Notes under the pieces: generated by a model
The model's input: only the letters and a program-made list of their open reading frames with translations
The model's database searches: none
Told to the model about the DNA's origin: nothing
Part shown: one piece after another, positions 1 through 13,052 of the stretch
Layout: every line of letters begins with the position of its first letter
Position numbering within the stretch: the stretch's first letter is position 1
Source of the DNA: Paraspadella gotoi
Lineage: Eukaryota > Animalia > Chaetognatha
DNA length: 64,000 nucleotides
NCBI GenBank assembly: GCA_051294375.1
Contig: CM119265.1
Coordinates: 23,900,669 to 23,964,668 of the forward strand
Direction: 5' to 3'
Program-made: the position numbers and the translations under genes

Positions 1-10
1 CGGTTTACAA

Positions 11-3000
11 ATGGACAAACCGCTTGATCTGACTTCATTTAAGATGAAGAAAATCAGACAAAATCAGGAAGATAAAGCGGTCAATGCGATTTTAAAGTCT
101 GAAATCGAAAGATTGGAAGAGGAAAGGTTGGATCTAAAAAATCAAATTCGTAGATTAGCGCAAAGTGTTGGAGGAAAGGCGGCAGCTTTGGGACTTGATT
201 CGAACGATTTACTGCTCTTGGATAAATACGCTGAAGAATTAAAGACTAAAAAATCGAATAGTGGCCTCGATTACCAGTCAAAGACTCATGATGTCAAAGC
301 TGGAATAAGTAAAGAATTAGAACTACTTAAGAAACAAAATGACAAATTTACACAAGACAAAAAGCTATATGACTTAAAGTTTGAAGAGTTACAAAAGGAA
401 AGAACAGATATTTTGAAGAAATATGAAGATGTTCAGGAAGCAAACAGAAAGCTACTGAAACAGTTATCAGCGTCAGCTTCTGAGACAAAAACAGAAGCTT
501 CTCAACAAATTGGAAGTAAAAACATTAATTACAAAACAGAATGGGAACAAGCTGAAAGACAAGTTTCGGAACTGCATAGGCAATTAAAAGAATTGAGGTT
601 AGAGCTAACCGTATCAGAAAAAGAAAGGAATTTATTAGAAAACAAAATAGAAAAATTAACTTCAGATTTGAAAGTAAATAAAAGTGAACGGGATTCGGGT
701 AAGACTTTGCCCGTCATTCAATCTTCAAGTAGTTCGGAAATTATTCATCTGTTAAATGAAAAGTTATTAAACGCTCTCAATGAAATCAATGTAAAGAATG
801 AGGCAATTGAACGACTAGAAGCTCAGTTGAACCCTTTAAAACATCGGTACAATGTTTGTCGTCAAAAATTAGTCGTTATGTCAAAACAGTGCTTGGAAAA
901 AATCGATAGTCAACGATCTCAAGAAGATTTTTTGAAAAATGAACCTGAGAAAGAAACAGAGGGTGTTAAAATAATCGAGTATGAAAGGCTGCTTGATACT
1001 CTAGACAAAGATGACGATGAGATTAAAAGACGATTGGCAGATCTTTCAAGAAAAGTTACTCTTTTAAGAGTGAATGAGAAGATTTTGACAAGAAAATTTA
1101 CTCTCGTCCAAGAATCTGAAGAGGTGTGTCAACGTACATTACAAAGCTATCATAGTGAGCTTTCAGAATTGAAAAAAAGTTTTTCCGAAAAATTCTGTAG
1201 CATCTCGAAACATAAGGAATTGGGTGACATTAGAATTTCTGCTTTGCAAAGAGCTTTAGCTGAAAGCATTCCTGCAGGAGAAATAGAAAAGCTGCAAAAA
1301 GATTATTATAGTCTTGCTGAAAAGTATAGAGAAGCGATGGAAAATGAGAAGACACTAATGGAAAAAAACATTACAAATCAAAACCTAATTGATAACAATA
1401 AAATCTTAAGCGACAGTCTTGTACATTTGAAAAAAGAACTTGAATTAGAAAAATGTAAAAGACTGAAGTTAGAGGAATATTTGGGAGAACAGGGTGTAAA
1501 AGTCAGTGGAGAACTTGCATTAAACGTGGAGAAGTTCAATGAAAAGTCAGTAAATTATGCTGATCGTACTTTTGAATGTCAAAAACAATATTTACGATCA
1601 GTTGAAGAGAGAAATGTAGAATTGGAGATAAATTATGCAAACATTAGTAAACTGAATGTTGAACTTAGAAATACAGAGTCCAGTTTAAGAGAAGAATTAT
1701 TGCATTCTATTTCTAAAAAAGAAAAGGAAAAGTTATTAAAAGAAAAAGAAGTTTCTGATAAATTGATTTCTGATTTAAGAAATGAACTCTCTTGCTTAAA
1801 AGAAACTTCCGATATTGCTTTTTCTCAGCTTGAACACTTAAAACATTGGCAGTCTAAAGATGATACGACTTTGTTAAAGAATAATTTACTGGACTTACAG
1901 TCTTTAAGTGAAGATAATATGGTAGTTGGAAAGCTTCAGAATTATATAGCTTTGTTACAGTCAAACGAAGCTATTGCAGTGGAAAAGCTAAAAGATTCTG
2001 AAAGGACAATAAATTCACTTTGGACCAAAATAACCCTGGCAGAAAAAAAGATTGAGGACCAAAACAAACTTATGTTCCAAATTCGGCAAGATACTACTTT
2101 TCAAATTAGACAATTAAAACAAACAGTTTTTCAATTTCGAAGAATGTATTCTGGATGCATTAGTTTGAAGGAGCAAGAAAGGTACAATAAAAAAATAAAT
2201 GAGATTAATATTAGAAATAAATATTATGCAGAACAATTACAGACTTTATCTAAAGAATTTGAAGAATTAAAAACAACTTATGATCAGGTTACCATTAAGA
2301 ATGAATTAACAGAAGAAGTATCTATTAAAAAGAAAGGCGGAGCAAGTGATCATTTGGAACAGTTGGTAAAGGGATGGCAAACTAGAGTCGAAACTCTACA
2401 AGTCTATGAAAGAAAGCATACCAGAGAAATTTCAGGTTTGAAAGAAGAAAATGAATATTTGACAAAAGTTCTTCATAGTAGGGAAAAAGATATCGTTGAA
2501 TTAGAAGAGGAAATTTTAAAGTTAACAAAGTCCTGGGAGGATCAAGCAATAAGGAATAGTTGTGAAGAAAACATATCAGTAACTGAGACGCAGATACAGG
2601 AGTTGTCAGCAGCTCAAATATCAAAGCAAATCCTCAATGGCATACCCCACATGAACCTTCCCATTGGTGATCAGTTGAATCAAGCTGTAGAAACAATCAA
2701 ACTCCAACTGAAAAATGTCAATGAAAGTAAAGAAAAAATTGGGCAATTAGAAAATGAGCTTTTGGAAAAAAATTTTAAATTGAGGACTGCTGAAAAAATT
2801 ATTACTCTTCGGGAAAAAGTTATAGCTGAATTACGCCAACACATTCCTGCAAGTGTAGATGTTTCTGAACTCTTGACTGATTCAAATGTTTCTAAAAATG
2901 CTCCTCCTCAAAATAATTCAGATGCTGCAATGGCTGTAGCAAAAATGAAAATTGAGACGCTTGAATCTGAGCTAATTCAAAAAGAACATTGGATAAGCAA

Positions 3001-5531
3001 ATTAGAGAGAAAACTGAATATTGTAAAACAGAGCCAAGAAGTTACTAATAAAAATCATCAAATTGAAAAAGAAAATTTGTTAAGTAAGGTGAAAGATATA
3101 CAAAGCTATAATATAGATAGAGTGAAAAAGTCTGTGGAAATAAACAGTGAAATGTCTGGAGCAAAGAAAATTCAAATTGAACAAAACATTGCCAGGTTGA
3201 CAGAACTTGAAAATTTAGTGGTTGAACAAGATTTGTCATTAGCAAATATGGCAGCTAAAATGAATCATTTAAAAACAGAAAATGATCAAAAGATAAATGA
3301 ACTACAATTAACAATTGTTGAAAAACAGAAGAACATGCAAGAAATTAAATTTAAGTTGGATCTTGTAGAAAAGGAGAAATTAGCGATGCAAAATCAAGTT
3401 GAAGAATACAGATTAAAAAGCGCTGAACTTGAAAAGAAAGTTATACATTCACAGGGAATTGAAGAGCGTTTGACCATAGCACTGAAAGAAAATGAAGTGT
3501 TGAGCAATGAAAAAACTGAAGCAAAGCAATTGATAAGCGTAATAGAAAAATTAAAATCAGAAATTTCAACAAAAGATTCTCAACAGAAAGCATTGAGTAA
3601 AGCTCTGATCAATCTGAGATCTGATATGGTAGAATCTGCAGAAGAGAAAATAAAAAACCTTGATGCTTTGTCACGTAATGAGATTAATATACAGGAGATC
3701 ATTGAAAAGGCAATTGAAGAATACAAAAGAAAAAATAAAGATTTGACTGAAAAGAATGATGCATTAAACCAAGAACTACAGACAATAAAATTAAAAAACC
3801 AAGAAATTGAAAAGAATTATGAAGTAATAGCTAATCGTGATACAGAAATAATAAAACTTAGGATTCAAAATGAACAACTAATGAAACAGTTAAAGGTAAA
3901 GTCTGACCTTTTCAAAGAAAATTCAGAACTGAAGAGAAAAATGGCTTTGCTTGAAGAAAAATTATCAACTACATATCCGGCAGAAAAACCTTATGATACC
4001 CACTCCGGTTTGGAAGGGAGGCAGCAAAAAACCCAAGCAGCATATCAGCAGTGGGAAGGTAAAAAACGGCAGCAATTGCAAATCGATAAACTTAAAAAAA
4101 AATTAAATGAAAAAGAAGCTTATTGTGCTCAGTTGGACTCAAAGCTAGAAACACAAAAGTCACTTTTGCAACGAGCCGAAAAAGAAAAAATGAGCCTAGA
4201 AACTAAATTTAAACAAGTTAATTTGAAATTAAACAGAATTGTGATAGACAAAGAAGAAAATAAAGATCTTTATGATTTGAAAGCAACGAATCATCAGTTG
4301 AAAGAAACTATTGATGAACTTCAAAACTTGGTTAAAGACAATGAGCAAAAGGAATTTACTATTGGTTGCCTCAAAGAGCGAATCATTGAGCTTGAGCAAC
4401 GTGTAGAATACCTCGTTAAAAATATTAAAAATGAAAATAACTCGGAGACTGACAATTATGGAAGAATTTTAGTTGTGCTGGAATCCTTTAATCGCGAAAG
4501 TGAGTTGCACGGAGAACTTCTAAATTTGAATAAAGAAATTTTAGACTTGAGATTTCTAGTTGAAAAGCAGAAACAGACCCCGATACGCCTCAAAGAACGA
4601 ATTACTGATTTGGAGAATTACGTGCCTGCTTTAAAAACGGAAATTTCTGAATTGCAAAACAAACTGGAAGCTGCCAAGGAATCTCCAGATATCGCTTCCG
4701 CGAGATCAACAGGTAAATCGTAAAAAAAAAACGTTTTTTAAGGGATCAGTAATTATTTAACTGAAATATTAGTTTACTTATTAATTGTTGGCCTTATTTT
4801 TTTTAGGATCTGGAGTACGACGAGTGGGAGAAAGTAGTCGCAGCAACGTTGAATTAGAGAAAACAATATTTGCTTTGAAGAAAGTAATTGAGAAGCTCGA
4901 GAAAGAAAATGAAGGATTGAAAAAATCTTCAGGGATTGTCAACCAAGACAATCTACTCATGCTGCAAAAGGAAAACGAAGGTCTGAAAAAAATGATGGAA
5001 GAATTACAACTAAAAGTTGGCGCATCCCTCAGTGAAAGATACGAAGCCACGCAATTGGGCAAAGAAAAAATTCAGGCTGAAAATAATAAGTTGAATGAAG
5101 ATTTAAAGGCTTTGCATGACGAGTCAAACAGATTAAAAGAAAAATTGCTCTCCTTTAAACAAAAAAATATGAATCAAGAGCGTCAAATTATGGATCTAAA
5201 AGAAAAGCTCGAAGAGGAGAAAGTTAGAATGTCACATAAGGAAGGCGGAACAGATCAGTCAAGAAATGTCGCTGTATCAAGAATGTATGAACAGAAGATT
5301 AAGAATTTGGAAGAGACTTTATTAAGTAAAGAGGAGAAGCTTAAACAAGTTACACAAGATAACAAACTATTGAAGGAAGAATTGTCTGGGTTTGATCCGG
5401 CATTTTTCGAAGAAATTGAAGATCTCAAGTATAATTATAAACAATCTATTGAAAGAAACATTCAGTTAGAGGAGATTTTGGCGAAACTGATACAAAAATA
5501 TAATATTCCTTTAGACATGTCTTCCCTTTGA
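11..5531 (+). CDS. CEP290: Centrosomal protein of 290 kDa, 5'-partial. Exons <11-4712 and 4807-5531 (phase-1 GT..AG intron 4713-4806)
   Basis: Long coiled-coil ORF, open to the window edge. EIERLEEERLDLKNQIRRLAQ, RKVTLLRVNEKILTRKF and the C-terminal FDPAFFEEIEDLKYNYK match CEP290 conserved motifs. Donor AG|GTAAAT and acceptor TTTTAG|GA join the two ORFs in frame. Confidence 0.95.
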
Positions 5532-5712
5532 AATGCAAATCTCATGTCTGTAAATTCTTTTTAATGTTTTTGATATTCTTTTGTTAATGTTTTTATTTTT
5601 AGAGATTTTGTTTTTTGTTCCATGACCATTGAACCCGTCGAAAATGAATAAAAGGTAAATTCTACAAAAGAAAGCCGAGCGAAAGCCCAGCAAGGATCAC
5701 AACAAACACGCG

Positions 5713-7050
5713 ATGACTCGACGCGCGACGGCCAATTTGTTTCTCATCGCCCAGGAAGAGGTCGCCAGCGGAAAGGTGAGATCATGAAATATATAAAAGG
5801 AGAAACAAATGATCTATTTGTCGATTTTTTGTTCAACCCCGGAAAAATTTTACTGAGTATTTATGTGACATGTGACTTATAAGCATTACCTTACCTTTTC
5901 CCTTATCCTCTCGGCGTCAGGTGGGCGGGACGGTTGGTGACGAGTCTCACCTTTTGATCGTTGGCTCACGAGGTTCGGGCAAAAGCAGCATCATGATGAG
6001 ATTCCTCGATCGGACTGAGACGCCGAAACCAACCACGGCATTGGAATACACATTCGGGAGAAGAGCTAAGGTTTTTGTCCTCGTTATTTTCGTTGTTGCG
6101 AAATTTTGTAGTTGTCGTCGAACTCCATCAACTCTTCCCATCTGTATCCATCAACGATCTCTCCAGACTCACACGGCGACGGTGAAGGACGTCGCCCACG
6201 TCTGGGAACTCGGCGGTGGATCGAGCGAGACTGCGCTGCTCTCCGTCCCGCTGCAGCCGACGACGCTGACGGCGACGACAGCGATGATCGTCGTCGATCT
6301 CGGGAAACCGGAGACGATTTGGGTTTCGATCGAGAAGCTCGTCGGGGAAGTAAGGTCAGAGTGGATGAGTGAGGGGAGGAACCAAGGGTTTGTCAATGAG
6401 AGTCTCGACGTGGCAGAAAGTCAATCTTCAACCGGGGGATGATTAGATCTAGATCAGCCGTGTGGTGACAGTCTGGACTATACACTATAGGGATATGGAG
6501 TAGGGATAGGGAAGCCAGGTACTCTGGGTGTGCATAAACGAGACAGTGAGTCTTGATTGAAAGCTTGCAGGGTCTTGCTATGTCATTATCTTGTAAGAGT
6601 GATGGAGGCCTTAAACCACCAAAGCCTGTCCAAAGTCAGGGGCAAGATAGCTTATTTATTAAATGAATGGATATTTTTTATATTGGTTGTACCAATTTCA
6701 TACACTATCTGATCAGGAACATACCGTTTGCCAACAACCCATCCCCCAACTCCAACTCGTAAGAGCTAAAAAGGAAAGGCTATGAATATGAATATGAATA
6801 ATGAATGTCGACCAATGAATGATAATTGAATAGACGAGTAAGAAAATGTCCGATGATGAATCTTCACGAAAGTTTCTTTCTTTCTCAAGGTTAGACGGCG
6901 GAAAGGATAGGGTAAGGTGAATCGGGTAAGGATCTATTTCCGTTTTTTTTAAAGGTTGACAGCTGAGAAAGCCGCCAAGGCCGCGCCTCAGGAGGTACGG
7001 GACAAGACGGAGGCGGCGAAGAAAGAGAGGCTGTCCCGCGTGGATGTGGC

Positions 7051-7103
<53 letters not shown>

Positions 7104-9481
7104 TGAAATAGAGAGTATGTATCATTCCTCTCCTTTCCACTATCTCATAAAAACCCAATCTAATTTCATCCTGTTCCTCTCCCACCCCACCTCGTCCATC
7201 TCTCACCCCTTCTCCCCGTCTTCTCTTCTTTCCTCCACCCCCACCTCTCCCCCCCCCCAAGAGCGGCCCTCCATCGACGCCTTCCCCCTCCCCCTCCTCA
7301 TCGTCGGCGGACGTCACGATGTCTTCGCCGAATTGGAGTCGGAAAAGAGAAAAATCGTGGCGCGGACTTTGAGGTTCTTGGCGCACGCCAACGGAGCTTC
7401 CTTGGTTTTCTTCAGGTTGTTTGGTGATATTGTTGTTTATGTCGTTGATTGATGATAATGATGAGATGATGACTATATGATGATGTTGATAATGAGGATC
7501 ACGATAAAAGCAATATGGCCAGCGCTTTCCAACTTAGTTTATTTTTTTGCTTTTGTTGTTCATTAATACATATTACAGAGTTAACGTAATATTAATTTCT
7601 GATTTTTTCTTCGTTTCCTAATTTTTTTTTTTCGATCATTTTTTCCCCCAAATGTTGCGATTTCCTTCAGCGACAAGACCAAGAGCCTCGTGGACCGAGT
7701 GCGCTCCATGATGTCGCATCACGTCTTCGGGACGACCGAACCCAAGAATCTCGTCACTGACCACAATCAGCCTCTGCTCATTCCTTTCGGGAAAGACACC
7801 TTCGAGGGAATTGGGAACCCACCTTTGGGTCAGAATGTGTGAGAGAGATAGAGAGGGAGAGGGGCAGAGAAATGGGGGGGGAGAGAGAGCAGGTTAGAAG
7901 AGGGAGAGAGAGAGGGACCAAGAAAGAGAGAAAAAAAGGGAGAGAGAAAGAGAGAGCGACAGAGCGTATTAGTATTTTTCCAACAAGCTCGTTAAAACTT
8001 TCCGAATTAATTAATAAGAACGCATGCGCAGAATTTTGTCTCCTCCGGAAACAATTTTTTTTTGTTTTTAGAAGAAAAAAAAAATATCTTGAAGAAAAGT
8101 TTTGGGTCCAACGAAGATATTTTTTTTGTCCTAATTTTTTTTTTTTACTATTTCGTTTTTGCGCTCGAATTTCATCACGACAAAGAAAAAAAAGGAAAAG
8201 AAAAAAGGATAAAGTTTTTTCGTTGACTTAAGACGCGAATCTGTGTTTGTCCTCCTCAAATTTTCTTTTTCTCGAAAGAAGGAAGAAGAAACTAGCGTTG
8301 AGAAGAAAAACAAATTGAAGAGAGAGAGAGAGAGGAGAGAAGAGAGAGAGAGAAGAGAGGAGAGAGAGAGAGAGAGAGAGAGAAGAGGAGAGAGCGAAAG
8401 GGGAGCGTTGTTTGAACTTCGGGGTTCCTTTTTTTTTTTCCTCAAGGAAACTTCATTTATAAAAGAAGGGAAAAAAAGCGGGAAAAGTGAGAATAAAGAA
8501 AACCTCACCTCGCCTTACCTTTTTTTCTGCGACGAAAAAAAGAGTTCGTGTCGACATCCTTCACTGCCTCACCCTTCTTTCGCCTCTCAACGATACAGAG
8601 CACCTTACTTTCGATACTTACCTCCGAAAATAAAAAAAAAGATCGGCCCTTACCATGGCTAACGTCGCTTATATCGTCGCTTTGGTCGTCGTCGTCGCCG
8701 TCTCCGCCGCCGACGCCATCCGCTGTTACGGTCGCGCCCCCGGAGACTTGAATCAGTTCGATTGCTCGGGCTCCGTCAACAATCCGCCGTTGGACAAGTG
8801 CAAGAAGGTGGGCGTGGCAGGGACTTTTAGCTGTGATTGGCCAGTGTTGGCCTCTTATGGTGATCGGGATGGTGATCAGCGAGTTAGTCCGTTATCCAAA
8901 AAATAGAAGGGAAGGTTTGAGAGACAGGCCAGCGTTCAAGACTTACCAAGTGCGCGATTCATTGTCACCTCAAGATTTTGCAAGAGTAAAGGCCAGAGAT
9001 TTCCATTTGCCCTCTCGCCTTTGGAATCCTCTTAGTCTTGACTCTTTAGGCTCGAGCAACATTCCTTTACGATCATAACCTCGGATCTTTCTCGATTCGC
9101 AGGTGCAATGCAACTCGGGTGGAGAGCAATATTGCATCCGTGTCACCGCCAAGGGAAGCTCCAAGCCGGGAGCTGACTACACCAGATTGGATGGCTGCCT
9201 CGATCTGACCGATCCCGACCTGGAGCCGCAGGTGGGGAGCGATTGATTGATTGATTTGATTGTATAATTTGATTCTCTTCTTTGGGTAATTTTTATGATT
9301 TATTCTTCCTCTAGTTTTTTTATAAAAAAAAGAGATTCTTTTTTTATAAAAAAAAGAGATTCTTTTTTTCATTTTATAGTTTTTTTGAGTTTCTTTATTT
9401 TTTAATATATTTTATATTTTTTTTCTTTTCTTTTCTTTTCTTTTCTTTTCTTTTCTTTTCTTTTCTTTTCTTTTCTTTTTT

Positions 9482-9576
<95 letters not shown>

Positions 9577-10995
9577 CTATTGCTTTCTTTTTCTTCTTTC
9601 CACTTTATTTCTTTTAAAAAGATCAACAGATTAACCGACTTGGCACTTACCCACTTAATCCTTACCCAACCCTTTCTTGTTGACTTTTTGCAGAAGCGAC
9701 TCGCGCGCGAGAAGAAGTGCACGACGGTGAAAGACAAGCAGGGCTACTCCGTCACGACGTGCTACTGCAGCACGGACCTCTGCAACGGCGTCGAGAAGAC
9801 GGTCGCCCACATTTTCGTCGTCCTCGTCGCTCTGATGTCGATGGTGGCGCTGCGTTGATGAAGAAGAAGATCGGGAAAGATCGATCGAGTCTTTGTGAAT
9901 ACGGATTTTTACTTCTTTTTTTAGGGGGGCGGTGAGGGGTTAAAGAGTTGGTCGTTTTAGATTTTCTATCATTTTTATTAATACCATAGCATTATTGATC
10001 TTTGTTTCAGTATCGATTGTAACCCAAAAAGTTTTTTATTAATTTTTTTTATAGTGACACTTACACGTTATTCTGCATAATTTCGGAAATAATTAATTTT
10101 TTTCAATGTTGGACTGTAGTTATAAGATACTTTTTTCTACTCGCATGCGCATTCTAAGCCAGATTTAGGCTTTAGTACTAGATTGGGGAAAAAAAATCGA
10201 TGATTGTGTAACATTTTTAATATTCTTTTTTAATAAAAAGACTAATCTTCCTTTCGAATATGCCTTTGTTTTATTGTGAAATCAACAATAGTTAAATTGT
10301 TAACACTTTGTTAGCGGTTGAGAGAAAACTTATAACAGATATTAAATTCTGTAGCCCAAAAAAATTGTTAACGACATTTAATTAAGTTCATGTTAACATT
10401 TACGCATTAAGCTTTTACGTAATTTCAGCCGAAGGAGACTTGGGACGACTGCAGGCCAAATCTCCCGCCGAACTATGGAAGTACGCTTTCAATAGGTGAG
10501 GACTGGTGAGGCGAGGTCGACCTTTTGACGGTATTAATCCGAATCGGCTGAATCTGAATCTGATCTCATATGAATCTGATCTCGCTCACCTCAAATCCAT
10601 CGATGAAACGAAAATCGTTATAATAATATTCATGATTCAATTCAAAGTTGTTAAAATATATAAACTAAATAAAATTTAATCTCGATCTTCAATTTTCCCT
10701 TTTCCCGCCAAAACAGGTTTTTCCCGGGGAGCGGCGCCGCGGGGGATGACGTCTTCACTGTACCGCCCGACCCAACTACAGCCGATCCGTTTTTTCAGGA
10801 AAAACTCATTGACGAGCAGAGAGAGAAAATGGAGGCGGAGATTGAGAGGTGATGTCATGGGATGTCATGTCATGTCTCCTGATGTCACGTGATGTCATTT
10901 GATGTTAATTAAATAGTGAATGCCTTTTTGTTTTTTCTTCTAGGTATCGAAAAGAAGCGGAGAAGAGGGCGCATCGTGGCGAGGGTGATAAGTGA
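5713..10995 (+). CDS. DYNC2LI1: Cytoplasmic dynein 2 light intermediate chain 1 (~353 aa). Exons 5713-5775, 5921-6070, 6167-6354, 6955-7052, 7262-7415, 7671-7828, 10429-10495, 10717-10848, 10944-10995
   Basis: Spliced product contains GSRGSGKSS...PKPTTALEYTFGRRAK, KDVAHVWELGGG, FPLPLLIVGG..ESEKRKIVARTLRFLAHANGASL and DLGRLQAKSPAELWK, colinear with vertebrate DYNC2LI1. All introns are GT..AG with consistent phases; total CDS 1062 nt. Confidence 0.93.
6508..6655 (-). repeat. Dispersed ~150-bp repeat shared with 60476-60627(+); short 5' fragments at ~63716-63780
   Basis: TAAGCTATCTTGC..TGAC...CTCTTACAAGATAATGACATAGC...CCCTGCAAGCTTT...CCCAGAGT..CTTCCC is colinear in both copies (DYNC2LI1 intron 3 and CAP intron 2). 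Confidence 0.75.
8655..9858 (+). CDS. Ly6/uPAR three-finger (quiver/sleepless-like) GPI-anchored protein, 148 aa, nested in DYNC2LI1 intron 6. Exons 8655-8807, 9103-9231, 9694-9858
   Basis: Signal peptide (MANVAYIVALVVVVAVSAADA) followed by IRCY, 10 cysteines, terminal CYCSTDLCN motif and a hydrophobic GPI-signal tail. Both introns are phase-0 GT..AG. Confidence 0.88.
9420..9578. repeat. (TTTTC)n/(CTTT)n microsatellite; similar (CTTT)n(CATT)n at ~19835-19975 and (CAT)n at 13356-13414
   Basis: Directly visible. Confidence 0.95.
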
Positions 10996-11662
10996 AAACA
11001 AAGGAGCAAGTGATATCAGAGAAACTGATTGCAGAGGGGATTATCCGATGCGTATTTTATTTGGTACTCAATAGGGTCATGATAAATTGTACACTCGCTC
11101 CTCTTTATCCAAACGGGCCGGCCTTGGTCTTCTTCAATCCTTCATCGTCGATGTTTTTCGATTCGAACTCGAATTTTCATTAAATAAATGAACAGTTCGA
11201 TCATAAAGGTTTTTTTTACGAGCACCAGATGGTTATACAAAAACATTACAATATTGATAGTTCAATTTATTTATCATGTAGTTCACAATATTGCAGTTGC
11301 GTTCCGTTTTACGGTCCGGTAAATTATAGCATTTTTTTCACAAACTCCCGACCCCCTGTCCCCAATGATATTACATGTATATTACTTTATCTATTTCGTA
11401 TCTGCCATTTTTTAAGAATAGAAAGCAACTCCAAAAACAGTCAAATTAAATCTTCATGCAACAGTTAGTATAGTTAGTCACGATCACAGTCTATTTTTTT
11501 TTTGGGTGAGAAAAATTTTGCCAGAAACGAAAAAAAGACGAAAAATTACGGCAATTTAAACAAAATAATATTAAATAAATTATTTCTAAAACTGAATAAT
11601 AAATAATTTTGCGCGATTTGTCGGCGTTTTCGTTTCATCTCACGTCGCCGGTCCGTGACGCC

Positions 11663-12065
11663 TCACACGACGACGTAGCGCGTGGGTTTGTTCATGGCAA
11701 CGACGTCGGCGGCGCTGCTGCCGCTGCCGTCCTTTGCTTTCCCGCGCGGCGTCTCCACTGCCACGTCCGAGAGAGGGCGGTAGTCGATCTTGAAGGGGCA
11801 CGGACCTTTTTGCGCCACCAGTTCCTTTAAAAAATTTGAAGAATAAACGGTAAGTAGTTTAGGACAACGTCTATCTCAATTCTCAGAAATTGAGTCATTC
11901 TCCATCGGACCAGTCGAACCAAGCAATCTGACAAAGCAGTCCAATCACGCAGTCCAACCAATCACTGAATCAATCGCTCACGTCGACGGTGATCTTGGGT
12001 TTTTCGTGAGGCTTCAACTCGACTCCGTCCAATTCCGCCCGAATGTTCCACTTTCTCCACGACAT
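11663..12065 (-). CDS. Small unknown protein, 81 aa, two exons (12065-11982, 11824-11663)
   Basis: MSWRKWNIRAELDGVELKPHEKPKITVD|ELVAQKGPCPFKIDYRPLSDVAVETPRGKAKDGSGSSAADVVAMNKPTRYVVV*. Donor GAC|GTGAGC, acceptor TTTAAAG|GAA, phase 0. GC-rich codons like neighbouring genes, A-rich leader before the ATG. Confidence 0.6.
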
Positions 12066-13006
12066 CTTTTGTTTTGTTTTTTGTTTTGTTTACGTTATGC
12101 TCAACGCAAACGGCGATGGTTGTATTTAATGTATTTAATGAGTCGATTCAAAAAAAAAGTTTTTCTGTTGATCGAATTCTTTTTTTTTCTTTTTTTTTCG
12201 ACGAGTTTTCTAGATCGAAAGAGAGAGAGAAAAAAAAGATGCTGTGGTTTTTGCCGACTGGTTTCACTTCTGCTTTTTTATTTTTTATCTCTTTTCTTTC
12301 TTTTTTTATCTTCGATCATGCGCCCCGTGCGCTAATTTATTACTAAGAAAAGGACGTTTAAAATTGGTATAGTTATGTAATTTTGTATGCGAATTGCGCA
12401 AAAGTAAATTCCGTAAAATTTAGTTGATAAATATACGAAATTATCAATAAATTTATTATTAAAACGTGCGCTTCTGCAAGTCTCTAGTCGATGATCCTTT
12501 CCGCGACCTTCGACGCAGAAACATCATTTCTGCCCCACGAGTTCGTCCGAAGATCCTTGAAGATGAGGATGTACTTTGCCTTTGGTTGAAGTGCGAGCCA
12601 AAAGTCTGGGGTTCTAGCCCCGTCGTGGCCAATCAATCAAACTATTTATTTTTTAAGTGTCGTTTTCCCCGAAAAGTGACCAAGTGCCGGAACGATGTCT
12701 CTTTTGTTCTCTGAGGATTGTCAACAGTTTCTAAAGCTAAATAAAGAGCAGAAACAACAACAACAACAACAATAATTACAAAAGAAATTTAAGTTGATGA
12801 TATTGTGGGGATCGAATTTGCTGTGATGGGGCACATTGAGGCAGGCCTTCAACCATCGATTACGATGATGTAAAAATGTAATTTAAGAATTTTAAAACAC
12901 ACAAAAGTTTTTTTTTAAAATTGATTTTCTAAAATTTGGAGTTTGATTTTTTTTTCTGCAGATCGAGAGAGGATGAGATGAACAACAACATGAATGATGA
13001 GATGAA

Positions 13007-13052
<46 letters not shown>

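Noticed and set aside
5610-5630. Possible RFX X-box upstream of DYNC2LI1 (GTTCCATGACC)
   Set aside because: Spacing and right half do not fit GTHNYYATRRNAAC.
7839-8662. Many ORFs of ERERER / LSLSLS type here and across 16-22 kb and 38-58 kb
   Set aside because: Translations of (AG)n/(CT)n microsatellites.
12597-12631. tRNA-Ile-like 3' half (GGGGTTCTAGCCCCGTCGTGGCCA)
   Set aside because: No matching 5' acceptor strand or D arm; not a functional tRNA.
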